Assembly: GCA_016214265.1 (NCBI GenBank)
Contig: JACROU010000049.1
Span: 9,589 to 73,588, forward strand
Length of the DNA stretch: 64,000 nucleotides
Direction: 5' to 3'
Origin: Candidatus Omnitrophota bacterium
Lineage (GTDB): Bacteria; Omnitrophota; Omnitrophia; Omnitrophales; JACROU01
A model generated the notes under the pieces. That model searched no databases, was not told where the DNA came from, and was given only the letters and a program-made list of their open reading frames with translations. The position numbers and the translations under genes were made by a program. Every line of letters begins with the position of its first letter. Position 1 is the first letter of the stretch. Of this stretch, positions 10,027-19,730 are shown piece after piece.

Positions 10027-11379
10027 ATGAACACTGAACTCTTACAAAGCCTGCATTATATCGAAAAAGAAAAGAACGTTAGCCGAGAAATTCTTCTAGA
10101 AGCACTTCGTTTAGCGTTGCTTTCTGCCTGCAAAAAGACTTTTCCAGATAAAGAAAATTTGGATGTACAGATTGATATTGAGACGGGGGATATCCGGCTT
10201 TTGGATAACGGTGAATTGATTACTAACGCGGAATTTGGCCGAATTGCTGCTCAGACCGCAAAACAAGTTATTATTCAAAAAATCCGCGAAGCCGAACGCG
10301 AAGCTATCTATAACGATTATTCCTCAAAGATTCACGACATTGTTAACGGAACGGTACATCGGATCGATCAGCGCGTTATTATCGTCGATTTGGGAAAAAC
10401 GGAAGGCATTCTTCCGATGCGTGAGCAGTCCCACAAAGAACATTTTCGTCAAGGCGATCCAATTAAAGTTTATGTGCTGGAAGTTAATAAATCCTCCCGG
10501 GGCCCCGAAATTCTTTTATCCCGCTCACATCCGAATCTTGTTAAAAAACTTTTTGAAATTGAAGTGCCTGAAATCAGTGAAAATATTGTTCAGATCAAAG
10601 GCGCTGCCCGTGAGGCGGGTGCCCGCACGAAAATCGCAGTCACGAGTTCGGATGACAAAATTGATTGCGTTGGTTCTTGCGTGGGAATGCGCGGTCAGCG
10701 GGTGAAAAATATTGTCCGAGAACTTCAGGGTGAAAAAATTGATATCGTCCGTTTTTCAGAGGACGCTGAAACTTATGTCCGTAATGCTTTGAGTCCGGCT
10801 CAGCTTGCGGAAGTGCACTTGAACAAGGAACACAGAACTGCAAATATTTTTGTTCAAGATGATCAGTTGTCACTGGCTATCGGAAAGAAGGGGCAGAATG
10901 TCCGTTTGGCTTCCAAACTGACTGGATGGAAGCTTGAGGTTCGGAGTCTGAGTCAGAAAATTCCTTTGTCTGACCTTGAAGGTGTGGGAGCGAAGACCGA
11001 GGAAATTTTGAGAGCAGCTGGTATCACGACTCTAAAGGATATTCTTAAGTCCACGGCTGAAGATCTTGCGAAGATTAAGGGAATTGGTCCTAAAACTGCT
11101 GAGAAAATTATTGATTCTGCACATAAAATTCTGTTGAAAGAGGGTAAGACTCTTCCGCTCATTCCGGAATTGGAAATTCAAACTCCGATTGAAGAATTTC
11201 AGTCCATGGAATCTGAAGAACCAGGGCAGGCGCAGGAAGAACCACAAGCTGTAGAAACTCCTGCTGAGGAATTAAAACCTAAAAAGCCGCGCCGCAAAGC
11301 AAAAAAAGCTGCAGCTGAAGAAACAGTGAAGGAAGTTGACCAGACGGAAGATTTTGGAAAAGAAGAGAGCAAAGAATAA
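10027..11379 (+). CDS. nusA: Transcription termination/antitermination factor NusA
   Basis: FGRIAAQTAKQVIIQKIREAER, S1 and KH domains (REAGARTKIAV, CVGMRGQRV, AIGKKGQNVRLASKLTGW), C-terminal HhH repeats and acidic tail. Confidence 0.97.
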   Translation: MNTELLQSLHYIEKEKNVSREILLEALRLALLSACKKTFPDKENLDVQIDIETGDIRLLDNGELITNAEFGRIAAQTAKQVIIQKIREAEREAIYNDYSSKIHDIVNGTVHRIDQRVIIVDLGKTEGILPMREQSHKEHFRQGDPIKVYVLEVNKSSRGPEILLSRSHPNLVKKLFEIEVPEISENIVQIKGAAREAGARTKIAVTSSDDKIDCVGSCVGMRGQRVKNIVRELQGEKIDIVRFSEDAETYVRNALSPAQLAEVHLNKEHRTANIFVQDDQLSLAIGKKGQNVRLASKLTGWKLEVRSLSQKIPLSDLEGVGAKTEEILRAAGITTLKDILKSTAEDLAKIKGIGPKTAEKIIDSAHKILLKEGKTLPLIPELEIQTPIEEFQSMESEEPGQAQEEPQAVETPAEELKPKKPRRKAKKAAAEETVKEVDQTEDFGKEESKE

Positions 11380-11381
11380 TT

Positions 11382-13661
11382 ATGAGATTGCATGAACTGG
11401 CAAAAAAATTAAAAATGCCTAGCAAGGATTTGCTGACATTAGCGACGAGGCTAAAAATTGATATCAAAAGTCATATGTCGATTTTAACCGCGTCTGAAGT
11501 GGCTTTGCTGGAGAAAGAACTTAAGCCGAAAGCGCCACCGGCTCCAGTTTCGCCGCAAGCTGAGAAAGAAGTAAAATTAGCTCCTGCTGCTAAGCCAATT
11601 TTGGGAGCCACGCAGATTAATAAAGGATCTTCAAAGACTTCGTTTCCGACGAAGCCCGTTTCAACGCCCGTGAAATCAGATGTGAAACCCGTAGCAAAAG
11701 TTCCGGCTCCGGCTGCTACGACTCCGTCTTCCTCTGTTCCAGCTGCGCCGGTGTCAGTTCCTGTCACAGTAGATCCGGTTCGACCTGCCGCAAAATCAAT
11801 TCCGTTAAAAACTCAGATGCCGCCGCTTAAGAAGCCGGTTGTTGCCCCTGTTTCTGCTGGAGCGCAAGCGTCTGCGCCAGCCGCCCCTGCAGTGTCCAAA
11901 GAATTGATAGTAAAAATGCCGATAACGGTTGGTGCTTTGTCCACACATTTAAATTTGAGAACATCAGATTTAATCAAAGCTTTGATGGGACTTGGAATTT
12001 TTGCCAACGTCAATCAATTACTGAACGATAAAATTTGCGCTCGTTTGGGAGAAAAATTAGGTTATGTGATCAAGCCTGCGCCATCAGAAGAGGAGTCGAT
12101 ATTTAAAGAGCTTAAGGGTGAGGATAAAGAAAAAGATTTGATCATCCGACCCCCCGTAGTGACTTTGATGGGGCATGTTGATCATGGAAAAACTTCACTA
12201 TTGGACGCGCTTCGCAAAAGTAATTTGGTTACGAAGGAGGCGGGACGAATCACGCAGCACATCGGGGCTTATGAAATTGAAATACCAGGTAAAGGGTTTG
12301 TCACATTTCTGGATACTCCGGGCCATGCAGCGTTTACATCGATGCGGGCACGTGGTGCCAACGTTACAGACGCAGTGGTTCTCGTTGTTGCTGCTGATGA
12401 CGGTGTGATGCCGCAAACTATTGAAGCTATCGATCATGCCCGCGAAGCAAAAGTTCCGATTATTGTAGCGATGAATAAAATCGATTTGCCAAATGCCCAG
12501 CCGGACCGCGTTAAGGCGCAGCTTCAAAAGCACGACCTTGTTTCTGAAGAATGGGGCGGAAAAACAATCGTGGTTCCAGTTTCGGCTAAAACAGGAAAAG
12601 GAATTCCCGAATTGCTAGATTACTTGCTTTTGGAGGCAGAAATTTTGGAATTGAAAGCAAATCCTAATCGATCAGCGCAAGGGACTGTGATTGAAAGTAA
12701 ACTCACCAAAAGTCACGGTGCAGTAACATCGGTTTTGGTTCAGAATGGAACGCTTCGTCCTGGCGATATGATGATTTGCGGACAGTTTTACGGCAAGATT
12801 CGCGCAATGCATAATGATCGTGGAAAATTGGTAAAAGAGGCGGGGCCGTCCCGTGCTGTTGAGATTCAGGGATTAAATGGATGTCCGGAATCGGGAGAGA
12901 TTTTTTATGTTACTCCAGATGAAAAGTCGGCTCGACGCATTGCCGAAAAACGTTTGTTGGACATTCGGGAAAAAGAGCTCTCGGGTAAATTCTCGAAGCA
13001 TTTAAGCTTGGATGATTTATTTTCCAGAATTGAAGAGGGGAACATTAAAGAACTCCGCATTATCATTAAGGCGGATGTGCAAGGCTCTATCGAAGTTCTT
13101 CAGCAATCGCTTGAAAAAATCAGCAGTGAGAAAATCAAACTTAGAACCATTCATGGCGGTGTCGGCGGAATTAATGAATCTGATGTTATGTTAGCCGCTG
13201 CATCGGATGCTATTATTATCGGTTTTCACGTGAAAATTGATCCTCAGGCTGAGGCATTGCGTGAAAAGGAAGGTGTTGATGTTCGTCTTTACAGCATCAT
13301 TTACGAGGCTGTTGATGACGTGACTAAAGCTATGGAAGGTTTGCTTGAGCCGACTCTTAAAGAAGTTGTTCAAGGAACCGCGCAGGTTCGCCAAATTTTT
13401 AAATCTTCAAAAGTGGGCACGATTGCCGGAAGCATTATGTTGAAGGGACGAATTACCCGCAGTAACAGGGCTCGCGTAATTCGCGACCGTATTGTTATTT
13501 TTGATGGCAAAATCGCTTCGTTAAAGCGATTCAAAGATGATATCAAGGAAGTAACCGAAGGTCATGACTTTGGGATTTCATTTGAAGGGTTCAATGATGT
13601 CAAAGAAGGTGACATTCTTGAAGCCTACAAAGTCGAAAAAATTGCGACTAGGCTGGTTTAA
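11382..13661 (+). CDS. infB: Translation initiation factor IF-2
   Basis: [43 protein letters not shown]; Pro/Ala-rich N-terminal linker. Confidence 0.98.
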   Translation: MRLHELAKKLKMPSKDLLTLATRLKIDIKSHMSILTASEVALLEKELKPKAPPAPVSPQAEKEVKLAPAAKPILGATQINKGSSKTSFPTKPVSTPVKSDVKPVAKVPAPAATTPSSSVPAAPVSVPVTVDPVRPAAKSIPLKTQMPPLKKPVVAPVSAGAQASAPAAPAVSKELIVKMPITVGALSTHLNLRTSDLIKALMGLGIFANVNQLLNDKICARLGEKLGYVIKPAPSEEESIFKELKGEDKEKDLIIRPPVVTLMGHVDHGKTSLLDALRKSNLVTKEAGRITQHIGAYEIEIPGKGFVTFLDTPGHAAFTSMRARGANVTDAVVLVVAADDGVMPQTIEAIDHAREAKVPIIVAMNKIDLPNAQPDRVKAQLQKHDLVSEEWGGKTIVVPVSAKTGKGIPELLDYLLLEAEILELKANPNRSAQGTVIESKLTKSHGAVTSVLVQNGTLRPGDMMICGQFYGKIRAMHNDRGKLVKEAGPSRAVEIQGLNGCPESGEIFYVTPDEKSARRIAEKRLLDIREKELSGKFSKHLSLDDLFSRIEEGNIKELRIIIKADVQGSIEVLQQSLEKISSEKIKLRTIHGGVGGINESDVMLAAASDAIIIGFHVKIDPQAEALREKEGVDVRLYSIIYEAVDDVTKAMEGLLEPTLKEVVQGTAQVRQIFKSSKVGTIAGSIMLKGRITRSNRARVIRDRIVIFDGKIASLKRFKDDIKEVTEGHDFGISFEGFNDVKEGDILEAYKVEKIATRLV

Positions 13662-13666
13662 ATGTC

Positions 13667-14020
13667 ATGCAAGGAAAACGCACAGAACGATACGCAGAGC
13701 TAATTAAGCAGTCGCTCAGCCAAAACATTCTCACCAAAATTCGTGATCCACGCATGGGGTTTGTAACGCTCACACATGTTGAGATCGCGCCTGATTTAAA
13801 ATACGCAAAAATTTATTACACGGTAATGGGAGATGAAAAAGTTCAGAAATCGACCGCGGCCGCGCTTGAACATTCGCGTGGTTTTCTTCAACGTGAGTTG
13901 GCTTCCGAAATTAAAATGAGAATCACGCCTATTCTTCAGTTTCATTTTGATAATTCCGTCGGTGAAAATATGAAAATCGAAGCAATTCTGAAAAAAATCC
14001 ACGAAGAACGAAGCGAATAA
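13667..14020 (+). CDS. rbfA: Ribosome-binding factor A
   Basis: IRDPRMGFVTLTHVEIAPDLKYAKIY, MRITPILQFHFD; follows infB. Confidence 0.95.
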   Translation: MQGKRTERYAELIKQSLSQNILTKIRDPRMGFVTLTHVEIAPDLKYAKIYYTVMGDEKVQKSTAAALEHSRGFLQRELASEIKMRITPILQFHFDNSVGENMKIEAILKKIHEERSE

Positions 14021-14030
14021 CTTTTCTCTT

Positions 14031-15002
14031 ATGCCCTCAAATTCTCTCCAACAAGTTGTTCGAGCAATAGAAGATCGTGATAATTTTTTGCTCTCGGCAC
14101 ACATTTCTCCGGAAGGGGATTGTATTGCCAGCGCGTTAGCGCTTGATAGCCTGCTTGGAAAAATCCGAAAAAAATCATTTGTTTTGTGTGAGGATAAAAT
14201 TCCAGAACAGCTCTATTTTTTAGATAATGGACGCTGGAATACACTGAAAAGTAATCCGTCATTATTATATTCTTTCGATAACAGTATCGTAGTGGATTGT
14301 CCGGCGCTTGATCGAATCGGAAAAGTAAAAGATGTGATCGAGACGCGTAAAACATTTCTTATCAATATCGACCATCACATCTCTAATAAAAATTTTGGTG
14401 ATATTAATTTTGTGGATTCCGGGGCGGCCGCAACCGGTGAATTAATATATGATTTGTTCCAGGCTTTCAGAGTTCCGCTTGCCGATGATGATTTGCGTAA
14501 TATCTATGTCTCATTGTCAACAGATACGGGATCGTTTCGTTATTCCAATACGACGGCAAAGACTCACGAAATTGTCGCTGATTTATTGCGTCACGGATTG
14601 AAAACCGACAAGCTGAATGAGCAGCTGTACGATAGTGTCCCGCGGCGGAAAGTAGATTTGTTCCGCATTTTTCTTGCGCGATTGGAATTTGATGAGAACG
14701 GCAGTATAGCATCTGCAATTCTTCGTGATGAGGACTTAAAGGCAACAGGCTGCGCCAAAATTGATTTGGAGGGATTTGTGGAGTATTTGCGCTCCATCAT
14801 TGAAGTTCAGGTCTCATTTTTAATTTGTCAGCAAGGGGTGGATTCCCGTATTTCATTCCGTTCTAAGGGCAGTTTCGATGTCAATAAATTGGCAGGACTT
14901 TTTGGCGGAGGCGGCCACGCAAAAGCCGCAGGTTGTACGATTCACGCCCCAGTTGAAAAAGCAAAAAAACTCATTCTTGAACAAGTTCGAAAGTTGAAAT
15001 AG
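14031..15002 (+). CDS. nrnA: DHH/DHHA1 nanoRNase / pAp phosphatase
   Basis: HISPEGDC, VVDC, NIDHH, TDTGSF, GGGGHAKAAG. Confidence 0.9.
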   Translation: MPSNSLQQVVRAIEDRDNFLLSAHISPEGDCIASALALDSLLGKIRKKSFVLCEDKIPEQLYFLDNGRWNTLKSNPSLLYSFDNSIVVDCPALDRIGKVKDVIETRKTFLINIDHHISNKNFGDINFVDSGAAATGELIYDLFQAFRVPLADDDLRNIYVSLSTDTGSFRYSNTTAKTHEIVADLLRHGLKTDKLNEQLYDSVPRRKVDLFRIFLARLEFDENGSIASAILRDEDLKATGCAKIDLEGFVEYLRSIIEVQVSFLICQQGVDSRISFRSKGSFDVNKLAGLFGGGGHAKAAGCTIHAPVEKAKKLILEQVRKLK

Positions 15003-15709
15003 TGGAAAACACCACCGGTATTTTTTTGATCGATAAGCCGCAGGGATGGACTTCCAATGATGTATGTCAATTTATCAAACGAAAATTTAAATTTAAAAAG
15101 GTAGGGCATGGCGGGACTTTAGATCCATTTGCGACGGGGGTTCTAGTGCTTTTTGTTGATGATGCTACCCAGCTTTCACATTTGAGTTTGAATGACAAAA
15201 AAGTTTACGAAGGTGTAATTCATCTTGGGCTTGCGACCTCAACCGGTGATCCGGAGGGGGAAGTGCTCGGCCGGATGGAAATACCTGATGATTGGAATCG
15301 TGACTGGCTACAGTCAGTTCTAAATATTTTTTTGGGCCACTCCCAACAAAAACCGCCGATGATGTCGGCTATCAAAAAGAATGGAATTCCTCTTTACCGC
15401 CTTGCTCGAAAAGGGATTGAGGTGGATCGCGAACCTCGAAATATTGAAATTTCTGAATTAACCGTTTTAGATTGGCAGAGACCTTTTCTTCATTTTCGAG
15501 CTCAGGTATCCAAGGGGACTTATATCCGTGTATTGGCCGAAGATATCGGACTGAAATTGAGTACCAAAGCTTCGCTTTCAGTTTTGAGGCGTATTGCTTC
15601 GGGGGACTATCATATTGAGCGCTCAATTTCTATCGATCAAATTAAACAAATGAACACGAAAGAAGAATTATTGATTCATGCAAGTCTTAACGCAGTTTCA
15701 CGCTTATAA
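15002..15709 (+). CDS. truB: tRNA pseudouridine(55) synthase
   Basis: IDKPQGWTS, GHGGTLDPFATGVL, PPMMSAIKKNG..LYRLAR, SKGTYIR; short form without PUA domain. Confidence 0.95.
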   Translation: MENTTGIFLIDKPQGWTSNDVCQFIKRKFKFKKVGHGGTLDPFATGVLVLFVDDATQLSHLSLNDKKVYEGVIHLGLATSTGDPEGEVLGRMEIPDDWNRDWLQSVLNIFLGHSQQKPPMMSAIKKNGIPLYRLARKGIEVDREPRNIEISELTVLDWQRPFLHFRAQVSKGTYIRVLAEDIGLKLSTKASLSVLRRIASGDYHIERSISIDQIKQMNTKEELLIHASLNAVSRL

Positions 15710-16694
15710 GCCGAAAAAATACAAGTCTTTGGTGCTTACCCTCGGTACATTTGACGGGGTTCATGAAGGGCATCAGCATGTTCTGGCGAAAGTTTTAAAA
15801 CATGCCCGGGCGATTGGCGGAACTGCGGCAATCTTAACTTTTGCCGAACATCCCTTGCATGTACTGCGACACAAAGAACCTCCTTATTTGATTACTTCTA
15901 CTCAACATCGTTTGCGCCTTTTGGATCAACTTGGATTTGATTTGTGTTTTTTGATTCGATTTAATAAAAAGTTTAGTCTGCAGACGTCCGAACAATTTGT
16001 AAAAAATATTTTGATGAATCAGCTTCATGTCGGTGAAGTAGTGCTGGGATATGATTCGCGCTTTGGAAAAAATCGTGAGGGGTGCGCGCAAGACATGGCT
16101 CGCCTTGCCAAAAAAAATGGTTTTAAATTTTCAACTGAAAATCCTCGGCTTTATTACAGCAAGCCAATTTCCAGTACACAAATTCGTTCTTTGATTGTTC
16201 GGGGGGATCTTGGGAAGGTAAAAAAATGCCTGGGACGCACTTATTCAATTTTGGGAGATGTGGAAAAGGGAAGTGGGGTTGGAGGTAAATTGCTAGGTTT
16301 CCCAACTGCGAATTTAAATCCGCATAGCGAAGCACTTCCTCCGAAGGGGGTGTATCTTGTTCGTTTGGATGTTGTTGAGGTGGGGCTTGGCAAAACAAGA
16401 TTTGCCAACCAGTATGTTTTGAGGGATAAAATTTTAAAAACCGGATTATTTGGTTTGTTGAATATCGGCCACCGCCCAACTGTTCAAAAGGAATTGGGGC
16501 TTTCTTCGAAAGGAATAGTTCCCGAAATACATATTTTGAATTTCAAAGGTAACCTGTATGGAAAAACTTTGGAAGTTACCTTTATCAAAAAAATACGGGA
16601 TGAAATTCGATTTGAATCATTAGATAAACTAAAAAAACAGATCAAAAAAGATGTTCATTTCGCCGATAAATTAATCTCTATTTCAACAGGATAA
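15678..16694 (+). CDS. ribF: Bifunctional riboflavin kinase / FAD synthetase
   Basis: GTFDGVHEGH, ISSTQIR, LGFPTANL, NIGHRPT, EIHIL, IRDEIRF. Confidence 0.95.
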   Translation: MQVLTQFHAYKPKKYKSLVLTLGTFDGVHEGHQHVLAKVLKHARAIGGTAAILTFAEHPLHVLRHKEPPYLITSTQHRLRLLDQLGFDLCFLIRFNKKFSLQTSEQFVKNILMNQLHVGEVVLGYDSRFGKNREGCAQDMARLAKKNGFKFSTENPRLYYSKPISSTQIRSLIVRGDLGKVKKCLGRTYSILGDVEKGSGVGGKLLGFPTANLNPHSEALPPKGVYLVRLDVVEVGLGKTRFANQYVLRDKILKTGLFGLLNIGHRPTVQKELGLSSKGIVPEIHILNFKGNLYGKTLEVTFIKKIRDEIRFESLDKLKKQIKKDVHFADKLISISTG

Positions 16695-16869
16695 CCGAAT
16701 TAGATCAGTATTCGTAACCCTTTGTATAGAATTAAGTTACAAAAAGCGTTAGAAAATCAGGCTTTTGACTTTACTTCCTGTGCTTGTATAAGTATACTAC
16801 AAGTTTGCGTAACCGATTTTGTTGCAAGGACTTATCAGAAAAACAAAGAAAGAAAAAGGAGCTTGATCA

Positions 16870-17139
16870 ATGTCACTGACGAAACAAAAAAAACATGAAC
16901 TGGTGAAATCTTACCAGAGAGGAAAAGCTGATACGGGTTCTCCCGAAGTTCAAATTGCCCTTCTCACCGAGCGAATCAATACTTTGACTGAACATTCCAA
17001 AGCACATAAGAATGATCATCACACTCGCTACGGGCTTATTCAGATGGTTTCAGACAGAAAACGTTTGTTGAAATATTTGAAGAATATTGCGCCTGAGAGA
17101 TATGAAAAGATTCTCGAAAAATTAGATTTAAGAAAATAA
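16870..17139 (+). CDS. rpsO: 30S ribosomal protein S15
   Basis: [32 protein letters not shown]. Confidence 0.97.
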   Translation: MSLTKQKKHELVKSYQRGKADTGSPEVQIALLTERINTLTEHSKAHKNDHHTRYGLIQMVSDRKRLLKYLKNIAPERYEKILEKLDLRK

Positions 17140-17171
17140 ATGACAAGAAAAAAGAAAGAGAGAAAAAAGAA

Positions 17172-19283
17172 ATGAGTGAAATTACACGTGTGTCTGTTCC
17201 TTTTGGGCGGGAGAGTTTAATTCTCGAAACTGGGAAATTAGCAAAACAATCTGACGCAGCTGTACTCGTCCAATACGGAGGCACTGTGGTGTTGGTGACC
17301 GTTGTCGGCTCCAGAGAAATGGAAGAAGGTCAAGATTTTTTTCCTCTGACCTGTGATTATCGTGAAAAAACATATGCAGCTGGAAAAATTCCTGGTGGTT
17401 ATTTTAAACGCGAAGGCAAACCTACTGAAAAAGAAGTTCTCACGTCCCGTTTGATGGATCGTCCGATACGCCCTATGTTTCCGGATGAATACTTTAATGA
17501 AGTTCAAATTATGGCAACTGTTTTGTCTGTGGATGCTGAAACCAATCCGGATATTCTGGCCATGATCGGAGCTTCCGCCGCGCTTACAATTTCTCCGATT
17601 CCTTTCGCTGAACCCATTGCCGCGATTCGTGTGGGTTATATTGACGGGCAATATGTGGTTAATCCTACTTATGCCCAGCTTGAAAAGAGTAAATTGGATT
17701 TGATTCTTGCGGCATCAAAAGAAAATATCGCAATGATTGAATCGGGATCCAACGAAATTTCAGAAGACGAGATGATTAAGGCGATTGAATTTGGTCATAA
17801 ATCGCTTCAGCCCGTGATTGAACTCCAGAAAAAAATGATATCTCAGGTGGGAAAGAAAAAATGGGAAGCCTTAGGCAAAAAGATTGCGCCGGATATTACC
17901 AAGAAAATCGAAAAAATTTGCGAAGGCAAGTTTGACAAGATCAATCTTATTAATGAAAAGGAAGCCCGCCAGACAGCGATTGACGATCTCTACAAAGAGG
18001 TGCTTGCTCAATTTGATAAAACTGCTGAAGGTTTTTGCGAAATTGACATTAAATTTGTTTATCATGAAATTGAAAGTCGGGAAGTTCGAAATTTAATTTT
18101 GAAAAAGAAAAAAAGACCTGATGGGCGTTCTTTCAAGGATATTCGTCCAATTTCCTGTGAGATTGGCCTTCTTCCGCGTACTCATGGCAGTGCGCTTTTT
18201 ACCCGCGGTCAGACGCAAAGTTTGTGCGTCGCCACTTTGGGAACTAGCGCGGATGAACAGATGATTGACGCGCTTGAAGGCGAATACTACAAGCGTTTTA
18301 TGCTTCATTATAATTTTCCTCCGTTCAGTGTTGGTGAAATTGGGCCGAACCGGGGACCGGGGCGCAGAGAAGTGGGGCATGGTGCGTTGGCTGAACGCGC
18401 GCTTCGTCCGATGATGCCGACTCAGGATGAGTTTCCTTACACGGTTCGTATTGTTTCCGATATTTTGGAATCCAACGGTTCTAGTTCGATGGCGACCGTT
18501 TGTGGTGGAACCCTCTCTCTGATGGATGCGGGCGTTCCGCTCAAAGCTCCTGTTGCTGGCATTGCAATGGGGTTGGTAAAGCAGGATAACGATTTCGCCG
18601 TGTTGACGGATATTCAGGGCGTTGAAGATCATTTGGGCGATATGGATTTTAAAGTTGCGGGAACCCGAAAGGGAATCAACGCGCTTCAAATGGACATTAA
18701 AATCAAAGGCTTGACGCCCGAGATCATGAAGCAGGCGCTTGCTGAAGCGTATGAAGCCCGGATGAAAATTCTGGATATTATGGAAAAAACCATTTCAACA
18801 CCACGCAAAGAGCTTTCAGTTTTTGCGCCGCGCATCACGACACTCATTATTAATCCTGAAAAGATTAAGAATGTGATCGGGCCCGGTGGAAAAGTGATTA
18901 AGAAAATCATTGAAGAAACCGGTGTCAAAATTGATATTTCTGATGACGGAAAAGTACTGATTGCTTCGTCGGATTCCAAAGCCGCTGAAATGGCTATTGG
19001 GAAAATCAAAGCCCTTACTGAGGAAGTGGAAGTTGGAAAAATTTATTATGGAAAAGTACGCAAAATAATGAATTTTGGCGCCTTCTGTGAAATTATTCCC
19101 GGCACCGATGGTTTAGTGCACGTTTCTGAGATTGCGGAAGGATTCGTGAAAAATGCAGAAGATCATCTCAAGGTTGGCGACGTTGTCGCTGTGAAGGTGA
19201 TTGGAATCGATGCCTCCGGGAAAATTAATCTTAGCGCAAAACAAGCCAAGAAAGAATTGGGGATTACACAAGACGCGAAATGA
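17172..19283 (+). CDS. pnp: Polyribonucleotide nucleotidyltransferase (PNPase)
   Basis: [54 protein letters not shown] and S1 domains. Confidence 0.98.
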   Translation: MSEITRVSVPFGRESLILETGKLAKQSDAAVLVQYGGTVVLVTVVGSREMEEGQDFFPLTCDYREKTYAAGKIPGGYFKREGKPTEKEVLTSRLMDRPIRPMFPDEYFNEVQIMATVLSVDAETNPDILAMIGASAALTISPIPFAEPIAAIRVGYIDGQYVVNPTYAQLEKSKLDLILAASKENIAMIESGSNEISEDEMIKAIEFGHKSLQPVIELQKKMISQVGKKKWEALGKKIAPDITKKIEKICEGKFDKINLINEKEARQTAIDDLYKEVLAQFDKTAEGFCEIDIKFVYHEIESREVRNLILKKKKRPDGRSFKDIRPISCEIGLLPRTHGSALFTRGQTQSLCVATLGTSADEQMIDALEGEYYKRFMLHYNFPPFSVGEIGPNRGPGRREVGHGALAERALRPMMPTQDEFPYTVRIVSDILESNGSSSMATVCGGTLSLMDAGVPLKAPVAGIAMGLVKQDNDFAVLTDIQGVEDHLGDMDFKVAGTRKGINALQMDIKIKGLTPEIMKQALAEAYEARMKILDIMEKTISTPRKELSVFAPRITTLIINPEKIKNVIGPGGKVIKKIIEETGVKIDISDDGKVLIASSDSKAAEMAIGKIKALTEEVEVGKIYYGKVRKIMNFGAFCEIIPGTDGLVHVSEIAEGFVKNAEDHLKVGDVVAVKVIGIDASGKINLSAKQAKKELGITQDAK

Positions 19284-19729
19284 AAAAAATCAATGTCCGG
19301 GTTAAACGGCTTTCTCATGGCGAAAACATAGAAGCTCCCGGTTACATGAGTTCGGGTGCAGCCGGCATGGACTTGCGCGCTGCAGTGAAAGAACCGATGA
19401 CGTTGGAGCCAGGTAGGTGGAAGATGATCCCAACCGGCCTAGCTATAAGTCTGCCACAGGGCTACGAAGCGCAGATTAGGCCTCGAAGCGGGCTGGCAGC
19501 AAAAAATGGAATTACCTGCCTCAATAGTCCCGGGACCATTGATTCAGATTATCGCGGTGAGATCAACATTATTCTGATTAACCTGAGCGATCAGCCGTTT
19601 TTGATTGAGCGGGGTATGCGCATCGCGCAGATGGTTTTTTCCGAAGTGACACAGGCCGAGCTTGAATTTGAAGAAGAGTTGGATATGACGATCCGCGGTG
19701 TCGGCGGATTTGGTCACACTGGGATTTGA
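19280..19729 (+). CDS. dut: dUTP diphosphatase
   Basis: [40 protein letters not shown]. Confidence 0.96.
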   Translation: MKKINVRVKRLSHGENIEAPGYMSSGAAGMDLRAAVKEPMTLEPGRWKMIPTGLAISLPQGYEAQIRPRSGLAAKNGITCLNSPGTIDSDYRGEINIILINLSDQPFLIERGMRIAQMVFSEVTQAELEFEEELDMTIRGVGGFGHTGI

Positions 19730-19730
19730 C

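Noticed and set aside
16643-16669. Additional GCCGATAA sigma-28 -10 matches (also near 11918 and 41254)
   Set aside because: All lie inside coding sequence, and the one checked (16662) lacks a correctly spaced TAAA; likely chance
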